This document shows positions 26,543 through 37,089 of a stretch of DNA of 64,000 nucleotides, piece by piece. Every line of letters begins with the position of its first letter. Position 1 is the stretch's first letter. The stretch is from Felis catus (lineage: Eukaryota). The stretch is from contig NC_058383.1 in assembly GCF_018350175.1 (NCBI RefSeq), forward strand, positions 17,548,001-17,612,000, in the 5' to 3' direction. The notes below the pieces were generated by a model. It saw only the letters and a program-made list of their open reading frames with translations, made no database searches and was not told the origin of the DNA. Both the position numbers and the translations under genes were made by a program.

Positions 26543-27144
26543 TTTTAATTTTTTTTTTAACATTTATTTATTTTTGAGACAGAGAGAGACAGAGCATGAA
26601 CGGGGGAGGGTCAGAGAGAGGGAGACACAGAATCTGAAACAGGCTCCAGGCTCTGAGCTGTCAGCACCAAGCCCGACGCGGGGCTCGAACTCACGGACCG
26701 TGAGATCATGACCTGAGCCGAAGTCGGCCGCCCAACCGACTGAGCCACCCAGGCGCCCCAAATGTTTATTTATTTTTGAGAGGGGGTTCAGAGAGAGGGG
26801 GACAGAGGATCCCAAGCAGGCTCTGTGCTGACAGCAGAGCCTGATGTGGGGCTCGGACCCACAAATCATGAGATAATGACCTGAGCTGAAGTTGATGTCT
26901 AATCTACTGAGCCACCCTGGTGCCCCTACAACTAAAATTTTCTTTAAATGCTTATTTATTTATTTTTGAGAGAGAGAAAGAGAGAAGGAAGATGAGCGGG
27001 GGAAAGGCAGAGATAGGGAGATAGAGAATCACAAGCAGGCTCCTGGCTGTCAGTGCAGAGCCTGACGTGGGGCTCTAACGCATGAACCACAAGAGCTGAA
27101 ATCAAGAGTTGGATGCTTAACTGACTGAGCCACCCAGGCATCCC
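26136..27144 (-). mobile_element. Cluster of five same-orientation Can-SINEs (one nested)
   Basis: Heads end at about 26245, 26481, 26759, 26926 and 27144. Confidence 0.9.
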
Positions 27145-27534
27145 ACAACTACAATTTTTTATAATCATTCCTTAATATTGACTATCCAGTACATTCCAAT
27201 TTTTCAGTTTGAAAATGTCCCATAAATGCCAACTAAAATTTTTCCAGTTTGAATCAGAATCCAAATAAGATCTGATACATGCAACTGATTTTTATACAGA
27301 TATGAATTTTTGAACCTTGATGTCTTTCTCAGAGATGGTACATTCAATTTTGGTATGGCCATTAATACCTGAGCTATTGTCCTTTCATTATGATGTATTG
27401 ACCTGGTCTGTTGGCACTAATAAAATCCATTATTAACTTATAATTGGTAAGATGGCCAAAGTTTCACAAATACCCGTCTGTGCCCTTCCCCTGACAGAGG
27501 ATCTCAAACCTGACTGCACATTAGAATTTGAGAA

Positions 27535-28625
27535 TCTTTTTTTTTTTTTTTTGGTTGTGATAAAATACACATAACATAAAGTTTACCATGTAACCATTTT
27601 TAAGTGGACAGTTCTGTAGCATTAAGTACATTCACCTTGTTGTGAAACCATCACCACCATCCATCTCCAGAACTCTTTTCATCCTGCAAAACTGAAACTC
27701 TGTATACATTAAACAATAGCTCCTCTCTCCCCTTTACCCCCAGCCCTCCTGGTCACCACCACTGCACTTTCTGACTCTGAATTTGACTACTCTAGGTACC
27801 TCCTATAAGTGGAATCATACAGAACTTGTTGTTTTGTGACTGGCTTATTTCATGTAATATAATATATTCATGGTCCGTCCATGTTGTAGCATGTGTCGAA
27901 TTTCCTTCCTTTTTAAGTCTGGGTACCATTGTATATAATATCCCATGTTTATTTATCCATTCATCCATCCATTGATACTGGGTTGCTTCCATCCCTTGAT
28001 ATTGCAAATAATGCTACTATGAACACAGGTGTTCAAACATTTCTTTAAGATTGTGTTTTTGGGCTGCCTGGGGGGCTCAGTCAGTTAAACATCTGACTCT
28101 TGATTTCGGCTCAGGTCATGATCTCATACTTCATGAGACTGAGCTGTTAGCGAAGAGCCCGGTGAGGGGCTCCATCTCATGCACCGTGAGATGATGACCT
28201 GAGCCGAAATCAAGAGTTGGACACTTGGCCAACTGAGCCACCTAGGTGTCCCTGCTGCATCTTTTTCGAGGGCCTGCCATACTGTTTTCCACAGTGGCAC
28301 CATTTTACTTTTACACCAACAGCACACGAGGGTTTCAAAATCTTCATATCTTCACCAACATTTGTCATTTTCTGTGTTGTTGTTGTTTTATAGTACACAT
28401 CCAGACAAGTGTGATTTTTGTGGTTTTGTGGCTTTCTCACTGTGGTTCTGGTTTGCATTTCTCTAATAGTGATGGTGAGCATATCCTCATGTGCTTATTA
28501 GCCATTTTTGGTATTCTTTGGAGAAATGTCTGTTCAAGTCCTTTGCCCATTTTCAATTGATTTGTTACTTTCATTGTTGTTAATTTGTGAGAGTTCTTTG
28601 TTCTGAATATTAATCCCTTATTTAT
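27535..28625 (-). mobile_element. L1 3' end (ORF2 C-terminus and 3' UTR)
   Basis: Poly-T head; ORF2-like MDEWINK...HATTWTDHEYIILHEISQSQ. Confidence 0.85.
28061..28252. mobile_element. Fused inverted Can-SINE heads
   Basis: + head 28061-28140 joined to - body/head ending 28252; no tails. Confidence 0.85.
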
Positions 28626-28777
28626 TATAGAATCTGGGGATCTTTTGTGATGGGACCTATAGCTTGATATTTTTTAGAGCTCCTCAAGTTGAGAACTATT
28701 TCCTTAGGAGATGAGGTAACAAATAAATTTAAGTTATTTCTCATCAACAAATGGGTACATCATCATCTCAGAACAGT

Positions 28778-28910
28778 GCTGACATCTCCTTCTACCTGGC
28801 TACTACATGTATTTATCAGTGCTGTTCAGTCATGGTAATCCTGCTTTTCCCAGGGTCGCTGGGCTCACAGTTCCCTGGATCTATCCTTCCCTCCTTGCAC
28901 AGATAGAAAT
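28778..28910 (+). pseudogene. Possible degenerate KRAB relic
   Basis: ADISFYL resembles KRAB-A DVAVYF; HGN resembles YGN; GLTVP...PSLLAQIE resembles KRAB-B. By-eye only. Confidence 0.3.
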
Positions 28911-28950
28911 GAGTTCATATTTATGCCTTATAAATAGGAGTAGAGGAATA

Positions 28951-29140
28951 GGGGTACCTGGGTGGCTCACTCAGTTAAGCGTCCAACTCTTGATTTCAGC
29001 TCAAGTCATGATCTCATTGTCGTGAGATCAAGCCCCACATCGGGTTCTGCACTGGGCGTGGAGCCTGCTGAAGATTCTTTCTCTCTCCTCCTCCTCCCTC
29101 TACCCAATGTGCTCACTCTCTCTAAAAAGAGAGAGAGTTA
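28951..29140 (+). mobile_element. Can-SINE
   Basis: Head and CT-rich tail. Confidence 0.9.
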
Positions 29141-30113
29141 GAGAGAAAAGAAAAGAAGTAAAGGAATAATGCAAGTAACAAAATACCACATTCACACTCT
29201 CCTATTTATAACAATCATCAAAATTCTACATCTCTATTCTCACACCTTTGTAGTACAACTACCTATAGTATAGTATACTTATAGTACAACTAACTACCTT
29301 TTTGAAGATTTTGTGTTAACTTAATACTTTTGAGTAGTTTAGGGACTCACAGCCTTTCTCAGACATTTCCCTGAACCATGATTGTTATATATTTTAGGTG
29401 CTCAAACACTTACAGCTTTGACAATAGTAGTCCATTCACTAAAAGCATATCTGTCTTTGTAACACTACCCCTGACATCCTTGAAAATATCCTTGTTATCT
29501 GGCATCAACAGGATGCTGGGAGCCCCATTCTGATTTTTCTTGTCTAAGAAATGGAATCGGCTACCCCCAAGGACTCCGGTTATTTTAATGGTAAATAATA
29601 TAAGGCACCAATATCTGGGTGTTAGGGATATCCACGATAGTTAGTGGGTGGGGGCAGGAGGGGGGGTGGTGCTGGACCTCACCCGGTAGTGACAGAGTTG
29701 GAAACATTTTTGTTTAAGGCACAAGTTTACATCTGACCAATGATTTAACATATCACTACTGTGCCCTGCCATCCTGATGGTCTGTAGACCCCCTGATCAC
29801 ACTGACAGTCCTTTGAGGCTGCCTTTACCACTATCCCCACCTTACAGCGGAACAAACAGACACAAGACGTTATGACACTTGCCTAAAATCACACCACAAC
29901 TAATTGTAGAGCTGCCCAGCTCTGTCAGATTTCACCCACCCAGTTCCCACAAGGCCCTGCCTCAACCTCCACCTGCCGTCAGAAACACACAACTTTGTCA
30001 TTTGCAAAGATTTTCCACCAGGTTGCCCCATTTAAGATTCCAAGCCAGGGTTTTCCTAGTCTTGGGTAGAGGGAGGAGAAAACACTACCCAGATTCTTGT
30101 TTTCCTCCTGCAG

Positions 30114-30314
30114 GATTCGGGAGTGAGAATGACCAGAAGAGCCCTCCACGAGAAAGGTCTGAAGACCGAGCCCCTCAGGAGGCTCCTTCCCAGGAGAGGC
30201 CTCCGGACAAACGCCAGGCCCAGTTCCACGGTGCTGCCGGACACCAGAGCTCCCGGGGGAGGAAGCAAGGCCCCGAGGGCACCCAGGACGATCCCCCAGG
30301 GGAAGGGGAGGTGA
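30114..30314 (+). CDS. BCL7C: Distal alternative terminal coding exon of BCL7C (BAF complex subunit), 66 C-terminal residues
   Basis: Pyrimidine tract plus AG acceptor (ttcttgttttcctcctgcag|GAT) at 30113/30114. Phase-0 translation is DSGVRMTRRALHEKGLKTEPLRRLLPRRGLRTNARPSSTVLPDTRAPGGGSKAPRAPRTIPQGKGR, TGA at 30312-30314. Matches my recollection of the long human BCL7C isoform C-terminus. Upstream exons lie left of the window. Confidence 0.85.
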   Translation, partial: DSGVRMTRRALHEKGLKTEPLRRLLPRRGLRTNARPSSTVLPDTRAPGGGSKAPRAPRTIPQGKGR

Positions 30315-30930
30315 GCCGGCTCCGCAGGCAAGGCGAGGCCTTTGGGTCTCTCTTGGCCGCCCCGTGCCCCGGGGGTGGAAAGAGCCTCCCGGCCCTACAG
30401 CCAACGCGGGACCTTCGGCGGCGAGCCGCCCTAGCCTGCCCCAAACCTAAGGTCACAGCACCCATCTTGCTCGCCAATGACCCTCGCACAGTGAGCGAGC
30501 CCACCGGCACCTCAAGTGTCAAGCGGGCTTGGGCACAACTCAGACCACACCCAGCACCTGAGGACACTTCGCCGCCAGAGGCCCAGGCCGCGCTGGGGTG
30601 CGGGGCGGGCGCCTGGGGCGCACTGCCCACCTCCTCTGGCACCAGCGCCTCCACCCTGTGTCCGCCGGCCTCCGGCCTCCCGCGACACCCGGCCAGGCCC
30701 CGCGAGGCCCACGCTGGCGCGGAGACCCTAAAACCCCCTCCGCCCGCCACCGTACCCCCATCTACCCCAAGGCCTGTCCCCACCCCTACCCCAAACCCCA
30801 CCTCCCCCACCTTCACTCCACCTCCCCACCTCCCCAGCCCCGTCCACCGGCAGGCCCACGGATGCCAAACCTGCGGCAAGGTTACCTCAAGCGCCAGAGG
30901 ACATGCCTCAAGAGCTCCTAGCCAGTGCCA
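30114..30930 (+). pseudogene. Fossil C2H2 zinc-finger terminal exon underlying the BCL7C exon
   Basis: Phase-1 frame reads GFGSENDQKSPPRERSE. Relic fingers and linkers: CPGGGKSL, GEPP*(Y)-CPK, LGHNSDHTQHLRTLRRQRP, LGRTAHLLWHQRLH, HGCQTCGK, spread over three frames. Confidence 0.7.
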
Positions 30931-31154
30931 ACTTCGCCAGTCTCCTGGGAACCCAGATGGGACAGAGGCCTTTCTGCCCTGGTGCCCGCCTTACAGCCTG
31001 CGGAAAGGCGTCCTGGGCCGGGGGGTGGGCCCAGAGCCCTGGAAAATCCCCACCTGGAGAAGGCCCTGAGCACATGGGCCCTGTGAGTGGTTCCAAGGGC
31101 TTTCACCAAGCTCTTCTCTCCCAACTCCACTGCTGGGCCTGTCATATTAGGGAA

Positions 31155-31375
31155 TAATGTCTCGCGTTTATTGAGAGCTTACTCTGTGCCAGGCATTGTG
31201 ATTTACAGTGATTATCACATTTAATCCTCACAATATCCCAGTGACACTGGTGTTCTCATTATCAGCATTTTACAGATGGAGAAACTAAGTCTCAGAGAGG
31301 TTAAGGGACCTGCCCAAAGTCACACAGCCAGTATGTGGCAGGACCAGCATACAGACCCAGGTCTGCCCGCCTGCT
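31155..31375 (-). mobile_element. MIR within the putative BCL7C 3' UTR
   Basis: cattttacagatggagaaactaagtctcagagaggttaagggacctgcccaaagtcacacagc. Confidence 0.8.
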
Positions 31376-31481
31376 TCCACAGGCGGCCTTGCTGCACCAC
31401 TTCTGCTGGCGCAAGAGTTAAGGGTGCAGGTTTGACAGGGCATCCATTTATGGAGCATCCATTTTTTTCTCATGGTAATTA

Positions 31482-31487
31482 AATAAA
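31482..31487 (+). terminator. Polyadenylation signal AATAAA
   Basis: Canonical hexamer downstream of the stop codon, overlapping an ATTAAA. Confidence 0.6.
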
Positions 31488-31749
31488 ACACTTTTTATGC
31501 TAAAATGAGCAGATACTCTCTGGAATGAAATTAACATTTACACCAATGATTGAGATGAAACTTGAGACTCCAGATTTTTCACGCTAAGGCCAATGCTTCA
31601 GGCTCTGCCCATGGATCCTGAAGTAACCTCTTCTAAGACCTCTGCCTTTAGAGGGATGTTGGCCAAGGAAGCCCTACTCCAGGACCTGCTCCTCGGCAGA
31701 GCCTTCCTGGAAGCCAAAAGATGGCCACTCCATAGTTTGCCATCCCACT

Positions 31750-31857
31750 GAACTGCTTGGGAAGTTCATGCAGTTCCCCTGGACTAAGGTTTCCAATTTC
31801 CCAACAGATATTAATCTTCAGGATTTGGAAGTGAAAAATTGGAATTCTTGGGAATTC
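31750..31857 (-). pseudogene. Possible degenerate KRAB-B exon
   Basis: tttcag| acceptor, then GIP...FSLPNPE/LIS/LGNWKP* versus consensus GF.IPKPELISQLEQGEEPW, with frameshifts. Confidence 0.35.
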
Positions 31858-32629
31858 CTGAAATCATGTTATTCTGTATTTTCATAACTTTGCGTATATT
31901 TTTAATAAGAGTAGTTACAAAGAACTGTAGGCTACAGCAAATATTCAAAAACCAGAAAATACCAACTACCCAACACAACTGGGTAGTATTTGAATAACAA
32001 AATGTTTAAATCTTCAGCAAGATAACTGTATTACACAGAAGCAGGTGTTGAAATTGCCAATTTGAGGACTTGTTTCCAAAACTTGCTTCTTAGAACATCA
32101 TTCCTAGGATTTGCATGAGATACATGATGCATGTAAACAGATTAATATTCTGTTTGTGAGAATGACTGTTTACAGCAGACAGGGCCACAGATACACTTGT
32201 AATATGGCAACGGCTATGAAAAAGAATGATCAGAACCACTTTTCTCCTATTTAGTGCTTCTAACCCAAGTTCCCAACATGTCTCCCTTAACCTGGGACGC
32301 CATTTATCAGCATTTCCTTCTCTTGCTTTCTACTTCATGTCAGTGGATTCCTTCAAACCAGGAATGCCTCTGTATTTATTGTTAAGCACGAATTCTCACA
32401 AGAGAGTTATAACACTTTTTCCTGTTTTCCCAATCTCTTGACTGATTTTTGTTGGGATTCAGAAAAACATAAATTTCCCGGAAAACACCAGGAAGGACTT
32501 CCTGCCCAGATATACTATTCCGGGCTGAACAGGATTGGCAAGGCAAGTCTGTTACAGAAATAATTACTGAGCATATCATCAGACCCAGTCACTGATACTT
32601 CCTGCTTTCAGGGGCCTCAGAGCCAGAAG

Positions 32630-33035
32630 ATCCAATTGTGGATCTCAGCTCTCCCAGTTCCTGGCTGTGAGACTTTGGGCAAGTCACTTTAACTCTCTGA
32701 GTTTCAATTTAATGAGTAGAATGGTGCCTGGAAATAATAATGCGTGTTTTGTGAGGCGGTATTGTAGAAAGGTTAAAAGTGTGGCTTTAGAGTCAGATGG
32801 GCTGAGGTTTAAATTCATTACTTACTACCTCTTTGATTTGAGGCAAGTGCTAACCACTCAGAACCCCATTTTTCTCCTCTGTAAAATGGAAAAACGGAGC
32901 CCACTTCACAGGATTTGGGTGAGTTTAAATGAGAGCACATATGTAAATGCTTCACACAGTGTAAATGCTGGATAAACGTGGGCCAGTATAGTTATTATCT
33001 GCTGTATCTACCTCACAGGGCCTTTGTGAGGATGA
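32630..33035 (+). mobile_element. Two adjacent MIRs
   Basis: ctgtgagactttgggcaagtcactttaactctctgag; ctcctctgtaaaatgg. Confidence 0.7.
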
Positions 33036-34609
33036 AAGGGAGGTCGTGTTGTGGAGTTGCTTTCCAAGCTGTGAAGTGGTGTCCACATGTTTGTCTTTCC
33101 TTCAGAGATAGGATGGTCAGAAGCTCCTTGGCAGACATTAGAGCTATCTCCAAGTAAGGGGCCTGGGAATACTTACTGATCCCCACAGAAGGTAGCGGTG
33201 TTGAGGAAGAGGTATCACCATGATTACCTGGAAAACGGGGTTTAGCTGCAATCAAGTAGGCGAACTCTGGCATCGTCTGACTTGGGGCACACTTGGGGGA
33301 CAGTGGAAAAGATGATTTTCAAAAGATGCTTGGAGAAAGGACTGTGTTAGATGGAGCCTGCACACTATAGGTTTGTTTAATAGGGATTGAATCAGGGGCA
33401 GGGGGCGTGGTGGAATAGGGAGTGGTGAGGGGGCTCTTTGACTATTGTCTGAAGCCCTGTTATTGCCTAAACCTAGAAAACAATCCTATTAGCTGGAACC
33501 GGTGTATCCTGCTCCTGCTGTGCGTGCACCTACGATGTTCATTCCTCCCTAGACTATAGACCAAACATGATCAAAGGGCTTTCCAGAGATGAGCTCAGGT
33601 AATCCTGACAGCAGCCCCGTAAAGTAAATACTAGCAGTACTCCCATTTTGCAGACAGGGGCTTGGAGTCTGGGAAAGTTAAGACCATTGCCCAAGGTCAT
33701 ACAGCCTATTTGTTGTTGAGTCAAGATTCAGACAAGAGTCCAAGCCCTTAGCGCCACCAGGCCACCTCAACTCACGAGCTGCCAGATGCTGAGCTTGAAC
33801 AAGGAAAAAGGAAACACAAATGTATGGAGTTGAGCACCTAACTGGCCTCCTCTCTTGCCTTCTGTGACCTCTCTCTCTCTCTCTTTCTCTCCCAATATTA
33901 TTCCTATTTAACATAAGTCTCCTCCTGAGTCTCCCTTCCTCCTTACCATGGCCTCTTAGTTTCAAGTACTGGTGTAGCAATCGAGAAACCAAGAAGCCTT
34001 CCTAGACAAAGCCTCATTAATCCATTCCTGGAGCTAGAGGCGGACCGTAGAGTGTGTTCTGTGAGAGCTGCCAACAATTTGGGAGTAAACTTGGAGGGTG
34101 GAACTTAATCAACTGGCTCCTAAGTGCCCAGCAGTGTGCCAAGTCCAGTAGCAAGGGTGGAGGATACATTCAGGGGTGAAACAGGCAGGATCCCTGGCTT
34201 TAGGGAGCTTTCGGGCTACTAGAGAAGATGGGCATTAGGAATCCTCCCAAAATATGAATTCTTGCAAACTGTGATAAGTATCATGAAGGAAAAGTTCAGG
34301 GAGCTATGAAAGAATATGATGCCTAATGGTTGGAGTGGGTGGTCAAAGGCCATTTTGAGAAATGATAATTATTGTACCCCTGAGAACTGAGTTGGGGGAA
34401 GAGAATTCCATATTGAGGCAATAGTAAGTGCAGGCACGAAGGCCCAGAGGTGGGCAGGAACTTGGTATGTTGGGGAAACTGAAAGGCAGCCATGTTGATG
34501 GAGCGGAGTATGCTGGCCATGATAAGAGTGGTCAAGTTAAGACTGGACAGGCTGGCTAGGGGTGATGACAGGTGCCTTGTAGGCCATGGTAAGGACACTG
34601 GGTTTTTTG

Positions 34610-35530
34610 GTTCAACTTTTTATTTGGAAATAATTTCAAAGTTACAGAAAAGTGAATAGTACAGTGGAGATCTGTCTGTCCTTTATCCTAATTTCATCTG
34701 TTAAAATTACTTGTTCTTTCTATATGTGGAATGTTACATGTGACTTTTATTCTGAACTATTTGAGAATAAGTTTTACACATCAAACACCCACCCTTTACC
34801 CCCAGACAGGTACAATGTGTACAAGTACAATAATCCACTAAATTTAACATTAATGCAATACAGTATCTCATTTACCACCCATTTTGTCAATGATCTCAAT
34901 AATGCCCTTTACATAGCATTTTCCCTCTAGTCCAGGGTCCAGTCTAGAAATGAAGTAATGCATTCGGTTGTCATTTCTCTTTAGTCTCCTTTAATCTGGA
35001 ATAGTTAGCCTTTGTCTCTTATAACACTGACATTATGGAAAATTCAGTTTTCCCCTTCCTCATTTTGGGGTTTGTCTGCTGTTTCTTCATTACACATTCC
35101 TGCTAGAAGACGACATAAATGTTATTGTGTCTTTGTGGTATGACAACAAAAGGCACACACTGTCTCCTCCTCCTTGGTGATTGAAATTTTTGCCTGGTTA
35201 ATTTACTGTTTGTCCCTCGTAACTGATATGTGATCAGGGAGATAGTTAAAACCCTGCAGATATCCTATTCCAGAGATTATTGAATAGATAAAATGTAACA
35301 TCCACTGAGGCTTTTTGCCTGAAGCACATCAGTCTGTGTCCGGAGGGTTACAAAATGACTTCAGCTCTCTCTCTCCTTGACATTCTTCTGCCCATTTATT
35401 TCCATATTTATTGTTAGCAAGGACTTTGGGGTTTCTACTATTCTCCAATAATTTTAGTTATTAACCTTAATTATTTTGGTGCTCAAATTGTCCCAGATTT
35501 GGCCAGTGGGAGCCCCTTAAAACTAGAAGG
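34610..35530 (-). mobile_element. Old L1 3' UTR fragment within an L2
   Basis: ctttttatttggaaataatttcaaa...ttggtgctcaaattgtcccagatttggccagtgggagcc pattern. Confidence 0.65.
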
Positions 35531-35532
35531 CT

Positions 35533-35750
35533 GGGGACTTCTGGGTGGCTCAGTCTACCAAGCTTCCGACTCTTGATTTCTGCTCAGGTCATGATCTCAC
35601 AGTTGGTGAGACCCAGTCCTGTGTCCAGTTCCATGCTGACAGCTAAGAGCCTGCTTGGTATTCTCTCTCTCTCCCTCTCTCTGCCACTCCCCTGCTCTCT
35701 CTCACTCTCCTCTCTCTCAAAATAAATGAATAAACATTAAAAAAAAAAAA
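35533..35750 (+). mobile_element. Can-SINE
   Basis: TSD ctagaaggct. Confidence 0.9.
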
Positions 35751-36082
35751 ACCTAGAAGGCTAGGTTTTATCCCAGCGTCAGTGGAGTGACATTGTTCGA
35801 TTTGCATATTAGGCCCTGACTGTGTGTGAGAATGCATTCTAGGGGCACAGAGGAAGAAAGGACACCTGGCAGGTGGCTCTTGTGTAGTCCAGGTAGGAGA
35901 TGTGGCTTAGACCAGGGAACTAAGTTGGATGTTCAAGAAACTTTGGTGATAGAATTGGCAGGAACTAGCAGTGGAGGGCATGTGCCAGGAGTCATAGAGG
36001 TAATGACCGGAGCAGCTGGGGGGACGACAGAGATATTTACTGATACGGGGAGGACAAGCAGAGTAAGGGCGTCAGTTGGGAT

Positions 36083-36292
36083 ATTTTATTTATTTATTTA
36101 CTTTTTTAAGAGAGAGAGAGCTGGAGTGAGGAAGAGGGACAGAGAGAGAAAGAGAGAGAGAAAGAGTGAGAATCCCAAGTAGGTTCCACACTCAGCAGGG
36201 AGCCTGAACCAGGGCTCAGTCCCATGACCCTAGGATCATGACCTGAGCCAAAACCAAGAGTCGGGCACTCAATTGACTGAGCCACCCAGGCT
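36083..36292 (-). mobile_element. Can-SINE
   Basis: Antisense head and tail. Confidence 0.9.
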
Positions 36293-36744
36293 GCGTGGGA
36301 TGGGTATTTTAGACAGAAGCTGAGTCTGAGATGTCTTTGACATCCAGGGCAAGATGTCAAGTAGTAATTGGATATATTGCTCTGGAGAGAAATCCAGACC
36401 AGAAAAAAATTCAGGAGTTGCCACATATGAATGATTTTGAAATCCATGGTCCTGGATGAAATGCTATAAGGGGAGAATATGTAGTGAGGAAAGAGAGGGG
36501 CCAGACTGGGAATCCTAAGAGAGTTCACTGTTTGGAGGCATGGGGTCGTGGTGGGGGGTGGGGGCGCATCACACGGAGCCTACAATGTCAAGCCAAATCC
36601 TGAGGCTATGGGGAACCATTAAGGGTTCTGAGTATGGGAATGAGTGACGGTATGATCTGAGTTTTAGGAAGATGGTTCTGACAGCCAAGTAAAGATGATT
36701 TGGAGGGCCATGGCAGTGGCTAATGTTATGGTTGTTCCTAAATA

Positions 36745-36960
36745 TTTTTTAAGATTTATTCATTTTTCAGAGACAGAGAGAGGCAAAGTGTGACTGGGGG
36801 AGGGGCAGAGAGAGAGGGAGACACAGAATCCAAAGCAGGCTCCAGGCTCCAGGCTCTGAGCCATCAGCACAGAGCCTGACACGGGGCTCGAACTCAGGAG
36901 CCGTGAGATCATGACCTGAGCTGAAGTCGGATGCTTAACTGACTGAGCCACCCAGGCGCC
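36745..36960 (-). mobile_element. Can-SINE
   Basis: Antisense head and tail. Confidence 0.9.
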
Positions 36961-37089
36961 ACTATGGTTCTTCCTAAAATAAATCTGCCATCCTCTGGCC
37001 ACTGAAGATTGCTCAGTGGATCCCTGTGTCTGAAATGCCCTCTCCTTGTTCACCTGGGCACAAAAAAGATGATCAGCCATCTGCCTCAG

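Larger units (their letters stand above)
30315..31510 (+). other. BCL7C: 3' UTR of the BCL7C distal exon (GC/CpG-rich first half, MIR in second half)
   Basis: Follows the stop codon; ends near overlapping ATTAAA/AATAAA at 31478-31487. Confidence 0.6.
34120..36700 (-). mobile_element. L2 remnant (interrupted by L1 and SINEs)
   Basis: Purine-rich antisense L2 pattern (tgagatgtctttgacatccagggcaagatgtcaagtag). Confidence 0.55.

Noticed and set aside
29879..30113. 5' part of the 396-aa ORF as a single-exon gene
   Set aside because: Starts at TTG inside a MIR remnant and runs through a clear polypyrimidine/AG acceptor, so it is intronic
33106..33153. + strand 48-nt micro-exon (ttcag|...CAA|gtaagg)
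   Set aside because: Lies beyond the polyA signal with no supporting neighbours; such site pairs arise by chance
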